From: a virus
Virus record (IMG/VR): IMGVR_UViG_3300033693_000005
Location: 2,055-66,054 of that record
Length of the DNA stretch: 64,000 nucleotides
Reading direction: 5' to 3' (one strand)
Part shown: positions 8,232-17,758 of the stretch, piece by piece
Layout of the letters: every line of letters starts with the position of its first letter
Numbering within the stretch: position 1 is the stretch's first letter
Program-made: the position numbers and the translations under genes
The notes under the pieces: generated by a model
Database searches by the model: none
Told to the model about the DNA's origin: nothing
What the model saw: only the letters and a program-made list of their open reading frames with translations

Positions 8232-9638
8232 TTGGCTAAAATAGACAGTTTTTTAGTGGAACAAAATATACTTTCTATACTTTTTAAAAAACCAAGATTG
8301 ATTTACAATGTGACTTCTCAAATAAAACCAGAGTATTTTAGTGATAATCCTAATAGAAAACAGAATAAAGCAATATTTATGTGTATGGATTTCATTAGTA
8401 GAAAGAATGATGTTGAGGACTTACAGTTTGACAGTATGACTATCCTATCAGTTGTTAGTAAACATAAGAAATTAGCAGAGTCTCTTAAGAGGATATTCCC
8501 TAAGCAAGAGGATTTTATACACTACATAGAGAGTTTAAAGGATTCTCCAATAGATCCTTCTAACTTGAATATTCACTTAGAAGAGTTGAAAAAGATAAAT
8601 ATTGCTAATGATTTACAGAATGATGTCGGTAGATACTTAGATAACCTACCTGAGAATTATAAGAAAATGGATCAAGATGAAATTATAAGAGGTGTAGAGA
8701 CTGAAGTATTAGAGATTACTAATAAGTATAATGCTGATGAGCAACAAACATATATATCAGCCAATAAAGATAGACTAGAGAGGTATAAAAATTATAAACC
8801 AAATAATAATGATTATTCAGGGCTCCCTACACCTTTTGGTAAATTAAATAAGTTCACTGGTGGAGTGCTTAGAAAAGGCTCAGTTACAGTTGTTAACGCT
8901 AAATCAAATGTGGGTAAGTCTTTATTATTAAAGAATGTTGCAGTCTTCTTAGCTATTGAGCATAATATTCCAGTATATTTTGGAGCAAATGAAATGAGAG
9001 TAAGAGAAGTTGAACAGAGAGTGATAGCTGAGAGGGCTAATCTACCAATGATTATAATTGAAAATAATCTCTACAATTCAGATAGAGATACAATAGAAGT
9101 TAATGGGGAAACTTATGATACTAAAACATGCAAGAAAAAAGTCTTAGATGCTGTTAAGGAGTTAGATGATGCTCCACTTTATTTAGATCAAGTAAGAGGG
9201 TATGACGCAACAGTATTAGCACAGAGAGCTAGATATTTTAAAAGAAGACATAATATCTCAGTTTTTATATGGGATTATGTACGAGAGAGTAATAGTCCTG
9301 AAGCACAAAAGAAACCCTTACGTTTGTTCCTTGGTGGCATTATAGAGTCAATGAAAGAGGATATAGCAGATAGACTGGGTATAAGCGTCCTAACTGCCTC
9401 TCAGGCGAACCAACACAATGTCTTGGCTCCTAACGAGTCAGCAGACATATGGAGATTTTCTACAGCATTCTTAGTGTTAAGAAAATTAAAAGAAAAAGAC
9501 AAACAAGGGTTTGAAGGAGATTATGCTTTATCAGTAGTTAAGAATAGGTATGGTAAAGTTCACCCAGACCCTTTAAATAATTACTTTAGTCTGGATTTAA
9601 ATGTAGGAAGACTTAGATTTGAAGAAGTAGAATACTAA
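8232..9638 (+). CDS. dnaB: replicative DNA helicase (DnaB family)
   Basis: Walker A AKSNVGKS, FIWDY, TASQ, VVKNRYG. Confidence 0.85.
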   Translation: MAKIDSFLVEQNILSILFKKPRLIYNVTSQIKPEYFSDNPNRKQNKAIFMCMDFISRKNDVEDLQFDSMTILSVVSKHKKLAESLKRIFPKQEDFIHYIESLKDSPIDPSNLNIHLEELKKINIANDLQNDVGRYLDNLPENYKKMDQDEIIRGVETEVLEITNKYNADEQQTYISANKDRLERYKNYKPNNNDYSGLPTPFGKLNKFTGGVLRKGSVTVVNAKSNVGKSLLLKNVAVFLAIEHNIPVYFGANEMRVREVEQRVIAERANLPMIIIENNLYNSDRDTIEVNGETYDTKTCKKKVLDAVKELDDAPLYLDQVRGYDATVLAQRARYFKRRHNISVFIWDYVRESNSPEAQKKPLRLFLGGIIESMKEDIADRLGISVLTASQANQHNVLAPNESADIWRFSTAFLVLRKLKEKDKQGFEGDYALSVVKNRYGKVHPDPLNNYFSLDLNVGRLRFEEVEY

Positions 9639-9654
9639 AGCGGGGTGATTAATT

Positions 9655-9936
9655 ATACTAGCTAAAGAGTACTATCCTTATCACTTCCTAGACATGTCAC
9701 AGGGAGTAGATATAAAAGAAAGTAAAGTAAAAGATTGGATTACTTTTGTGGAGAAATCAAGTGCAGGAGTTACAGTTAGTTCAGGAAATACTATTGTGTT
9801 TAAGAACAACTTAGGTGATATTATCGTGGCAGATTCATATAAAGTATTACCTAAAGCTATACACGAGGACTTAGAAGAAGAAGGTAATCAGTTAGCAGCA
9901 GAAGTAGAGGAGTTTTTAAAATGCACAGACGAATAG
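9655..9936 (+). CDS. hypothetical protein
   Basis: track ORF 9694-9936; the RBS (GGGGTGA) fits an in-frame ATA/ATT at 9655/9652 better. Confidence 0.55.
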   Translation: MLAKEYYPYHFLDMSQGVDIKESKVKDWITFVEKSSAGVTVSSGNTIVFKNNLGDIIVADSYKVLPKAIHEDLEEEGNQLAAEVEEFLKCTDE

Positions 9937-10907
9937 ATATAGATAGTCTAAAGGAATCTATTAATATAGTCGATATTGTTTCTAAATACACAGACTTAAG
10001 AAAGACAGGACATAAAACTTATACTGGTCTTTGTCCTAACCCTGAACATAATGATTCTAATGATGGTAATTTCTATGTAAGAGAGGACAAACAGTTTTAC
10101 AAATGTTTCGTTTGTGGGGACTTTAAAGGGGATGTTATCTCTTTCATAGAAGAGATGGAAGGTATAGACTTCTTAAAGGCTGTAGAACTCTTAATAGATG
10201 CTGGTGGATTAGATTATGAAGATATTCAGACTACAACTACTTTCATTAAGGAAGATTTTGATATTACTAAATTAAGAAAGGCAATTGATCTTTATAATGA
10301 GGAAAATACTATTGATGAGGGTAAGTTAGATAAATATAGGATTAAACACCACTATTTATTAGACAGAGGTTTTAAAGAGAAAACCCTTAAATACTTTGAA
10401 ATAGGTTACTGTGGGGATGTTAACGATAGATATTACGATCGTGTATTAATTCCTTGGCGTGACACTAAAGGAAAGCTTATAGGAATTAATGGAAGAACTG
10501 TCAATGGACAAACCCCTAAGTATAAATACTCTAAAGGTAGAAAGAAGAAGGTATTATTCAATATACATAACATAGAACCTTCTAATGAACCTATAATACT
10601 TACAGAAGGTGAGCTGGACACTATCAGACTTCATGAGTTAGGTTACCCAAGAGCTGTAGCTTTAGGGGGTAGTGATTTAGGGGATAGAAAATGGCTGCTT
10701 AAAAAATACACTAACCATGTTATATTGGCTCTAGACCTTGATGAAGGGGGTTTAAGAGCGAGGAAAAACATTGTACAGCAATTATATCCCTTAATGAATG
10801 TGAGTGCTATAAAGCTACCTAAAGACAAGGACATAGCTGATATAAAGAATAAGAAGATTATGCAGAGATTGTTAGAGAATAAGAAAATGTTTGAAGGAGG
10901 TTACTAG
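9921..10907 (+). CDS. dnaG: DNA primase (CHC2 zinc finger + TOPRIM)
   Basis: CPNPEH...CFVC, TEGELD, LALDLD. Confidence 0.9.
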   Translation: MHRRIDIDSLKESINIVDIVSKYTDLRKTGHKTYTGLCPNPEHNDSNDGNFYVREDKQFYKCFVCGDFKGDVISFIEEMEGIDFLKAVELLIDAGGLDYEDIQTTTTFIKEDFDITKLRKAIDLYNEENTIDEGKLDKYRIKHHYLLDRGFKEKTLKYFEIGYCGDVNDRYYDRVLIPWRDTKGKLIGINGRTVNGQTPKYKYSKGRKKKVLFNIHNIEPSNEPIILTEGELDTIRLHELGYPRAVALGGSDLGDRKWLLKKYTNHVILALDLDEGGLRARKNIVQQLYPLMNVSAIKLPKDKDIADIKNKKIMQRLLENKKMFEGGY

Positions 10908-11394
10908 AATAGCTAATTTATTTCAAGATGATATTAAAAAGAGTGCAGAAGAGTTAGGTTGGTACCATAGAAGATATAGAGATGTTATAGGAAAGTTTGG
11001 TTCGGCTTCAGACTTTGATGAGCTAGTAATTTATGATGGTAAAAGTCTAGGTTTAGAATGTAAGATGTTAGGTACAGGTAAAGCTAATCCAAAATCTTTT
11101 AGTTTTAAAAAAGTTTCAGTAGATCAGATGGAAGGATTAGTTAAGTTTAGTAAACAGTTTGGAAGTAAAGGCTATATTTTAGTAAATTTCAGATACCTAA
11201 ATAATCATAAAGGAGAAGCTTATGCCTTAACTATACAAGAGTTTCTTTATCTTAGATGGGCTTTTCCAAACCATGAAGATTTTATTAAGGAATATCCTAG
11301 AAATGATAAGAGTATTCCATTAGAGTATTTTAGAGAGAATGTGTTACAACTAGAAAGGCTAGGTAAAGGCTGGGATTTAAGGAAATTAATCTAG
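10891..11394 (+). CDS. recU: Holliday junction resolvase, RecU-like
   Basis: SDFD...LECK PD-(D/E)xK pattern, RecU size. Confidence 0.65.
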   Translation: MKEVTRIANLFQDDIKKSAEELGWYHRRYRDVIGKFGSASDFDELVIYDGKSLGLECKMLGTGKANPKSFSFKKVSVDQMEGLVKFSKQFGSKGYILVNFRYLNNHKGEAYALTIQEFLYLRWAFPNHEDFIKEYPRNDKSIPLEYFRENVLQLERLGKGWDLRKLI

Positions 11395-11406
11395 GAGGTA
11401 TAAATT

Positions 11407-11556
11407 ATGAAAAGAGCAAAAAGAAGAAGAAAATTAAGAGAAGGGGCAAAGGAACTTTTATATGATAAGTATAATAAAGAAAATTATCCTGAACTATCTA
11501 GACAGGAAAGAAAGAAATTAGCTAGAGTTGAGGTAGAGGGGGAGTTGGATTTATAA
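11407..11556 (+). CDS. small basic hypothetical protein (49 aa)
   Basis: read by hand: MKRAKRRRKLREG...; GGAGGT RBS. Confidence 0.55.
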   Translation: MKRAKRRRKLREGAKELLYDKYNKENYPELSRQERKKLARVEVEGELDL

Positions 11557-11557
11557 T

Positions 11558-11815
11558 ATGAAAAAACAAAACTGGCTAAAGACAGTAAAGAGATTAAGAA
11601 ATGCCTATCAGCAAATAGATTATGAGTTAGACACAGATAAAGCAGATAATGTTTGGTGTGAGTTAGATTATATTTTAGATGTCTTACTAGATGAAGTACA
11701 TATTGAACCTACTGATTGGGCTTATGATAAAATGTTTGATTACATATTCTCTAGTACAGACATTACAGCTGAAGATCTCTATGAGATTTATGAAAGTAAA
11801 GAATATTGTGTATAA
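11558..11815 (+). CDS. hypothetical protein
   Basis: ORF in operon. Confidence 0.6.
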   Translation: MKKQNWLKTVKRLRNAYQQIDYELDTDKADNVWCELDYILDVLLDEVHIEPTDWAYDKMFDYIFSSTDITAEDLYEIYESKEYCV

Positions 11816-11819
11816 GCTA

Positions 11820-12101
11820 ATGGTTAAAGGTAATTGTGAATATGAGAATGAAGATAAAGAAAAAGTAGAAGAGTATTTAAAAGAACATTCTTATAAGACT
11901 AAAAGAGTTGTTATTGTCAATAGTAATGATTGTAGGGCACCTACAGAGGATGAAAAGAAAAATAGTAGGTTCTATTGGTGTCCGTTCTGTCATTCTTATA
12001 GGAAGTTTGGTAAGGATACTAAACTAAAAGTAAGAACTTGTGATTATTGTGGTATTAGTGAAAACTTTTATTGGTATAAAGTCTATAATAGAAAGTGGTG
12101 A
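11820..12101 (+). CDS. zinc-finger protein
   Basis: WCPFC...CDYCG; likely start is the ATG at 11820, in the frame of track ORF 11691. Confidence 0.6.
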   Translation: MVKGNCEYENEDKEKVEEYLKEHSYKTKRVVIVNSNDCRAPTEDEKKNSRFYWCPFCHSYRKFGKDTKLKVRTCDYCGISENFYWYKVYNRKW

Positions 12102-12336
12102 TATTATTAAACAACCTATTTTAGAAATGATAGATAGGCTGATAAAGGAAAGGGATAGCTTAGAAGAGGAGAATGAGTTATTAAGATATGCTTTATTTGA
12201 ATTGACTAGTTATCTCTATGAAGAGGAAGATAATAAATTAGCTGCTACTGTACAAGAGATAGTTGTTGAGTATAATAAAACTTTCTATGATATTGACGTT
12301 GGTAAAAAAGAAATTAATAAATTATTAGAGAGGTGA
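12040..12336 (+). CDS. hypothetical coiled-coil protein (start uncertain)
   Basis: ORF track. Confidence 0.5.
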   Translation: MIIVVLVKTFIGIKSIIESGDIIKQPILEMIDRLIKERDSLEEENELLRYALFELTSYLYEEEDNKLAATVQEIVVEYNKTFYDIDVGKKEINKLLER

Positions 12337-12339
12337 TGT

Positions 12340-12561
12340 ATGTTAAACTTTTATCTGTTAGGTGTTGCTTTATCTGGTTTGGTAGTTATAGTTGAGTTTT
12401 ACAGAAAAGATTTGTGGTTAGAAATGCAGTTAGATAATCCTACTGCCAATCACTTTGAAATAAGTATAGGAGTATTTATTGGAGTTGCTGTTCTTATGGC
12501 TTTAAGTTGGGTTTTAGTCATTATTAAAGGTCATCAATATTTAATGGAAATATTTGATTAG
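12340..12561 (+). CDS. membrane protein
   Basis: two TM segments. Confidence 0.6.
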   Translation: MLNFYLLGVALSGLVVIVEFYRKDLWLEMQLDNPTANHFEISIGVFIGVAVLMALSWVLVIIKGHQYLMEIFD

Positions 12562-12865
12562 GAGGTATAGAGTGAAAAAATATAAAGTAGTTACATATGA
12601 AGATACTGTTTATAAAGATGCAGATACTTTTAGTTTTGGAGAGATGTTTTTTCTAATAAAGGATAATGAGAAAGTTTTTGGATGCCCTATTAGTGAGTTA
12701 GATCACTTTGAAGTTGTTGATGAAGATCCTTCTGTGGAAGAAAAAGTTGAGGATACTGCTAAGGGTGAGTTTGTTATTAATACTCTTAAAAAATCAGAAG
12801 GAGAGAAAATAAGGGAAGTTATTGACCAGTATTTAGAGGAACAGGTAAGAATGGGTAATTTATAA
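12554..12865 (+). CDS. hypothetical protein
   Basis: ORF in operon. Confidence 0.55.
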   Translation: MIRRYRVKKYKVVTYEDTVYKDADTFSFGEMFFLIKDNEKVFGCPISELDHFEVVDEDPSVEEKVEDTAKGEFVINTLKKSEGEKIREVIDQYLEEQVRMGNL

Positions 12866-12879
12866 AGGAGAGTGGTTTT

Positions 12880-13095
12880 GTGATAAAAGTTATAGCCTCG
12901 ATAGGCTGTTCAAAATGTAGGCAAGCAAAGATTAAACTAGATAAAGCAGGGATTAAGTATAGTTACAGGCTTATAGATGAGTTAAATCCAGATACAGCAG
13001 AAAGATATAGAAATAAAGCTATTGATGCAGGACAGCAAAGTTTCCCTATTATACTTAAAGATGATGAGTTAGTTAAGCTAGAAGATATACTATAA
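12880..13095 (+). CDS. nrdH: glutaredoxin-like (NrdH-like) protein
   Basis: CSKC, SFPII, directly upstream of the RNR. Confidence 0.7.
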   Translation: MIKVIASIGCSKCRQAKIKLDKAGIKYSYRLIDELNPDTAERYRNKAIDAGQQSFPIILKDDELVKLEDIL

Positions 13096-13106
13096 GGAGT
13101 GGTAAT

Positions 13107-15200
13107 TTGGTAAAGAATGTAATTAAAAGAAGTGGTAAAACTGTTGAATTTAAGCCAGAAAAAATCAAAAATGCAATTAGTAATGTATTTGAGGAGACAG
13201 ATAATAAGATAACTGAAAGTCAATTAGACAGGGTAACTAGTTACGTAGTTGAAAAAATAGAAGAAGAGGATACAGTTGAGTCTATTCAGGATAAAGTGGA
13301 AACAACCTTATTAGATTGTGGGTATATTGAAGAAGCTAGGAAATATATTCATTATAGAGAGAAACATAATAGACAAAGAAAACAATGGGTAAATGAAGGG
13401 TTACCCCTCTCTATTTGGAAAAGAAAATATCAATTTAGAAATGAAACGTTCGAAGAATTTTTTGATAGAGTTTCTGGTGGTAATGAAAAGATAAGAAAAA
13501 TTATTAAAAATAAAGAGTTCCTACCTGCTGGTAGAATCTTAGCTAATAGAGGTCTGCAAGAACATGGGTTGAAGGTTACCTATTCTAACTGTTATGTTAC
13601 TTCACCTCCTGAAGATAATTTAGAAAGCATTGTACAAAAGGCAGGGGATTTAGCAAGAACCTACTCCTATGGTGGAGGCGCAGGGATAGATATAAGTAAA
13701 TTAAGACCCCAAGGATCAAAGGTACATAATGCTGCTAAGACTACAAGTGGTGCTCCATCATTTATGGGTTTATATGATGAAATAAGTAGTATCATTGGAA
13801 TGAGAGGAAGAAGAGCAGCCTTGATGATTAGTTTAGATGTTTCCCATCCTGATATTGAGCAATTTATTGAGAAGAAACTAGATTTAGACTCAATCACAAA
13901 AGCTAATATTTCTATAAAAGTTACTGATGATTTTATGGAAGCAGTTAAAAATAACGAGAAATATACTTTAAGTTTCCATGTAGAAGATACAGGTGAAGAT
14001 ATAGAAAAAGAAGTAGATGCTAGTAAAATATTTAATAAATTAGCATATGGTAACTGGTTCTCTTCTGAACCTGGAACCTTATTCTGGGACAAGATAAAAA
14101 ATTATTCAATCTTACAACATTACGATGATTTTGAATTTGCTGGAACGAATCCTTGCGGAGAGGAGCCTTTGCCCAGCGGTGGATCATGCTTATTAGGAGC
14201 AATTAACTTAGCTAAGTTTGTAAATGATGAGTTTGAGAACAATGTTAAATTTAATTATGACAAATTTAAAAAAGTAATCAAGGAAAGTGTAGTTGCTTTA
14301 AATGAGATTTTGGACGAAGGACTAGAGTTGCACCCTTTAAAAGAACAAAGAGATTCAGTTAGGAATTGGAGGCAAATAGGGTTAGGGATAATGGGTTTAT
14401 CAGATATGTTAATTAAATTAAAAATAAGATATGGAAGTGAGGAAGCTTTAAGATTATTAAATAAAATAGGAAGAGTGTTTGCAAATGAAGGATTAAAACA
14501 ATCAGCATTATTAGCTAAACAGCAAGGAACCTTTCCTAAATATGATAAAGAGTCTACATTAAAAAGTAGTTACTTAAAAGAGGTAGCAGATAAAGATACG
14601 TTAGATTTAATTGAAAAGCATGGTTTAAGAAACTCTCAACTATTTACAGTAGCACCTACAGGTAGTATTAGCAATTTGTGTGAGGTTAGTGGAGGAATTG
14701 AACCTATATTTAAAACTAGTTATATTAGAAAAACAGAAAGCTTACATAATGAAGAAAAAGAATATAAAGTCTTTACTCCTATTATTGAAAAAGTAATGGA
14801 GAATGAGAATATTGAAGATGAAAATAATCTTCCTAATTATGTAACTGACGCACATAAATTAAATTATATTGAAAGAATAAAAATGCAATCAATCTGGCAA
14901 AAATATACGGATGCTAGTATTAGTTCTACAGTTAATTTAGATAATGAGGCTACAGTTGAGGATATAAAAGATTTATACATGAAAGCTTGGGAGTATGGTT
15001 TAAAAGGGATAACTGTTTATAGAGATGGTTGTGCTAGAGGTGCAATCTTACGAGGTGAAGAAGAGACAGGGAGTAAGACTGAGATGACTGAGCAAGACTG
15101 GATTGATATGGGGATATGCCCTGATTGTAAGTCAGATTTATCACATGTTGCTGGTTGTGAGGAATGTACAAATTGCGGTTGGGGAAAATGTGCTATTTAA
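13107..15200 (+). CDS. nrdJ: class II (B12-dependent) ribonucleotide reductase with ATP cone and C-terminal Zn ribbon
   Basis: VIKRSG ATP cone, SNCYV, NPCGE, APTGSIS, C-terminal CPDC..CTNCG; no small subunit adjacent. Confidence 0.85.
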   Translation: MVKNVIKRSGKTVEFKPEKIKNAISNVFEETDNKITESQLDRVTSYVVEKIEEEDTVESIQDKVETTLLDCGYIEEARKYIHYREKHNRQRKQWVNEGLPLSIWKRKYQFRNETFEEFFDRVSGGNEKIRKIIKNKEFLPAGRILANRGLQEHGLKVTYSNCYVTSPPEDNLESIVQKAGDLARTYSYGGGAGIDISKLRPQGSKVHNAAKTTSGAPSFMGLYDEISSIIGMRGRRAALMISLDVSHPDIEQFIEKKLDLDSITKANISIKVTDDFMEAVKNNEKYTLSFHVEDTGEDIEKEVDASKIFNKLAYGNWFSSEPGTLFWDKIKNYSILQHYDDFEFAGTNPCGEEPLPSGGSCLLGAINLAKFVNDEFENNVKFNYDKFKKVIKESVVALNEILDEGLELHPLKEQRDSVRNWRQIGLGIMGLSDMLIKLKIRYGSEEALRLLNKIGRVFANEGLKQSALLAKQQGTFPKYDKESTLKSSYLKEVADKDTLDLIEKHGLRNSQLFTVAPTGSISNLCEVSGGIEPIFKTSYIRKTESLHNEEKEYKVFTPIIEKVMENENIEDENNLPNYVTDAHKLNYIERIKMQSIWQKYTDASISSTVNLDNEATVEDIKDLYMKAWEYGLKGITVYRDGCARGAILRGEEETGSKTEMTEQDWIDMGICPDCKSDLSHVAGCEECTNCGWGKCAI

Positions 15201-15247
15201 GTTAGAAAGTATAGAAACTCAGTAAATAAACTAAAGGAGAGTGTTAA

Positions 15248-15730
15248 ATGATAAAAGTAAACTTTGAACTATGTCATGAGGATGCAATTTGTCCCTATAG
15301 AGCACATAGTGGTGATATAGGATATGATGTATTTCCAGCATTTGATGAAGACTACATAGAAATTAAATCAGGGGAAACAAAACTAGTACCAACAGGAGTA
15401 AAGAGTAACTTCTCAGAAAAGTATGGTGTTATCTTCAAAGAAAGAAGTGGGTTAGGATCAAAAGGAATTAAAGTATCAGCAGGGCTTGTCGATTCATCCT
15501 ATTTAGGAGAATGGCATGTAGCAGTCTATAATACGAAAGATAAATCACTTATTATAGCCAAGTATCCAGAGGATTGGTCTGAAGAGGAAGCTTATATAAT
15601 AGACTATTCCAATGCAATTACTCAAGCTGTATTCGTAGATGCCTATCAGATAGAACCTAATATAGTAAATGATATTGAACAGTTCGAGACTATGAGAGGA
15701 ACCAAAGGATTTGGCTCTACAGACACATAA
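15248..15730 (+). CDS. dut: trimeric dUTPase
   Basis: GYDV, RSGLG, GLVDSSYLGE, RGTKGFGST. Confidence 0.92.
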   Translation: MIKVNFELCHEDAICPYRAHSGDIGYDVFPAFDEDYIEIKSGETKLVPTGVKSNFSEKYGVIFKERSGLGSKGIKVSAGLVDSSYLGEWHVAVYNTKDKSLIIAKYPEDWSEEEAYIIDYSNAITQAVFVDAYQIEPNIVNDIEQFETMRGTKGFGSTDT

Positions 15731-15806
15731 AGGTACCATATGAAGGAGTAGAGAGGTTTAAGGTATAAAACCCTTACCTTTCTTATACTCCTCTTAGAAT
15801 GTAAAT
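15722..15806. repeat. intergenic repeat element, copy B
   Basis: GACACATAAAGGT...AAGGTATAAAACCCTT...CTCTTAGAATG; parts are shared with 2839-2940, 16457-16528 and 59622-59672. Confidence 0.6.
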
Positions 15807-15969
15807 ATGAGCCTTTGAGAGGAGGTGATTATAAAACTTATACTCAGCTATAAGTATATAATATGATAAACTATAAGAAGCTAAATGAGATTAAAGAAGA
15901 CAATTGGATGAAGCTGGCAAAGTATGGATTTCACTTATAAGATTATAAAATAATAAGGAGTGATTGTTA

Positions 15970-16065
15970 ATGAAATGTAGAGATTGTGGACATGAGAATT
16001 GGTCAGGAACAGAGTTTTGTGTACATTGTAGTGCAGCATTATATGAGAAAAGAGAAATTAAATAA
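15970..16065 (+). CDS. 31-aa double zinc-ribbon peptide
   Basis: MKCRDCGHENWSGTEFCVHCSAALYEKREIK*, AAGGAG RBS. Confidence 0.65.
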   Translation: MKCRDCGHENWSGTEFCVHCSAALYEKREIK

Positions 16066-16456
16066 CTCTGATACAGGCTCATTATGGTATTGAGTTAAGC
16101 GAAGGAGTTATGTTACCACTAAAAGTGTGGGAGATTACTCGTAACCACTAAGCTGGTGGGAGAGATAATCATTATTCTTCTGTGAATGACGGAAGTAAAA
16201 CTATCAGCAGTAGAGGATGGAACAGGCAACCATCACTACCTTATCCTAAAGCTGACGAGCTATAAATGCTACGGACATCTCTTGCCTGTGTTTGACAGGC
16301 TAGGGAATAAGGTTCTGGAAAGAGATTCTGGGTACGCCGACCAGGCTACTGCAATCACAAATAAGGTAGTACATGAGTTACTACCAAGTAATAGAGGGGT
16401 GTTAATTCACCTCTCTATCTTATTACACGTAAGTACCTCTGAGAAGGCTGAGGATG
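16066..16456 (+). ncRNA. candidate large structured non-coding RNA (family unknown)
   Basis: GC-richer than its flanks, with many complementary stems (see findings) and no convincing CDS; strand assumed from flanking genes. Confidence 0.5.
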
Positions 16457-16528
16457 GACACATAAAGGTTTTATTCTCTTAAAGGTATCATAGGTATGCT
16501 AATCAAATAAGACTCTTAGAATGGAAAT
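16457..16528. repeat. intergenic repeat element, copy D
   Basis: GACACATAAAGGT (identical 13-mer to 15722) and CTCTTAGAATG (identical to 15791). Confidence 0.55.
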
Positions 16529-16551
16529 ACAGGACACTGAGGAGTGGTTAA

Positions 16552-17091
16552 ATGGAAGATAGAGCAGAAATATTATATAATGAAGCTACTAGAACAATAA
16601 GATATACGGGAACACTTAACGAGTTTGATGTTATGCAGCTAATAGACTTATTAGATGAGGTTATTACAGTAGAACCAAGAGATGCTGTTACACTGTACTT
16701 ATTCACTTATGGTGGCACATATGATGCTACAATAGCTTTATATGATTATATTAAATTTGAACAAACTCCAATACATACAGTAGTATCTGGTACAGCAATG
16801 AGTGGAGGAACATTAATTACAGCTTGTGGATCTGGTGAAAGAGTTGCTTTTCCTAATGCTAGATTTATGATACACGGATTGCAACATTCTATTGGTAGAG
16901 GATCACACGTAGACAATAGCATTGAATTAAAAGAAGATGAAAGATTAAATGAGAAGTTTGTTGAGCTGTTAGCTTTTGAAACTGATAATAGTATAGAGAA
17001 AGTTAGAGAAGATTTAAAAAGAGATAGATACTTATCTGCTGATGAGGCATTAGAATACGGTTTAATTGATAGAATAGTAGGGGAGGAATAA
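16552..17091 (+). CDS. clpP: ClpP-like serine protease
   Basis: TYGG, AMSGG (Ser), MIHG (His), RDRYLSADEALEYGLID (Asp). Confidence 0.85.
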   Translation: MEDRAEILYNEATRTIRYTGTLNEFDVMQLIDLLDEVITVEPRDAVTLYLFTYGGTYDATIALYDYIKFEQTPIHTVVSGTAMSGGTLITACGSGERVAFPNARFMIHGLQHSIGRGSHVDNSIELKEDERLNEKFVELLAFETDNSIEKVREDLKRDRYLSADEALEYGLIDRIVGEE

Positions 17092-17306
17092 TGCTATATT
17101 TAATAGGTTGGCTTATTTGTGGGCTAATAGCGGGGGTCTATTCATTAGTAAAGGAATTTAAAATATCTAAAAGAATTCTAGTTAGAGATTTAGGTTTTGC
17201 ATTTTCTGCTTTAGTTTTTGGTGTAATATCCTTAATACTAATGATTATGGACTTATTTGAAAAGTATGGAGATAAAGTAATATATAAAAAAGACCTCTCT
17301 AATTAA
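17091..17306 (+). CDS. membrane protein
   Basis: two TM segments. Confidence 0.6.
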   Translation: MLYLIGWLICGLIAGVYSLVKEFKISKRILVRDLGFAFSALVFGVISLILMIMDLFEKYGDKVIYKKDLSN

Positions 17307-17314
17307 AGAGAGGT
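17293..17314. terminator. bidirectional intrinsic terminator between convergent transcription units
   Basis: ACCTCTCT-aattaa-AGAGAGGT, A-run on the left and T-run on the right. Confidence 0.8.
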
Positions 17315-17325
17315 TTTTCTTTTAT

Positions 17326-17757
17326 TTATAAACCTATTTCAAACCCTAACATTATTAAGCTCTCTTCTGGATTAGCTAAATTTACTCCTACACCAGTATT
17401 AATTGAGATATCTTTTTTATTTAATAGACCGTCTATAATTTCACTTTGAGTTTCAAATAAATCTTGCCACCTATTATTAGATTCTAAAGCTCTCTCAGTC
17501 TGTAGTTTCTGATCTTCATATAATTCTTTATATTCTTCTAAGTTTTGTTGAGTCTCATTATATTTAGACTCTAACTTTTGAAAATTATTATTAGACTCTT
17601 CGTATAACTCTTTATATTTCTGTGCTATTTGAGCCATTTCTTTATATCTCTCTTCTAATACCTCTCTGTCATTTGGTATATCTAGTCCTTGAGCAGAGAC
17701 GATATAAGGAGTAAATATAAATATTAAGACTAGAACAAAAACTAATAATCTTTTCAT
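17326..17757 (-). CDS. exported coiled-coil protein, spanin-like candidate
   Basis: signal peptide (..VSA/QG), long heptad coil, hydrophobic beta-like C-terminus. Confidence 0.45.
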   Translation of the reverse strand: MKRLLVFVLVLIFIFTPYIVSAQGLDIPNDREVLEERYKEMAQIAQKYKELYEESNNNFQKLESKYNETQQNLEEYKELYEDQKLQTERALESNNRWQDLFETQSEIIDGLLNKKDISINTGVGVNLANPEESLIMLGFEIGL

Positions 17758-17758
17758 A

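Noticed and set aside
16250-16280. CTGACGAG hammerhead-like core
   Set aside because: The candidate stem II is followed by TACGG, not the required GAAA.
16150-16480. RNase P, tmRNA or SRP identity for the structured segment
   Set aside because: No GAGGAAAGUCC with a matching P4 partner, no tRNA-like GGGG...CCA ends or T-loop, and no SRP GGAA domain IV motif; the resemblance of GACACAUAAAGGUUUUA to RNase P CR-V is weak and overlaps the DNA repeat.
16186-16482. 98-aa track ORF (MTEVKLSAVEDG...)
   Set aside because: No RBS, atypical codon use, and it overlaps the dense hairpin region; more likely non-coding.
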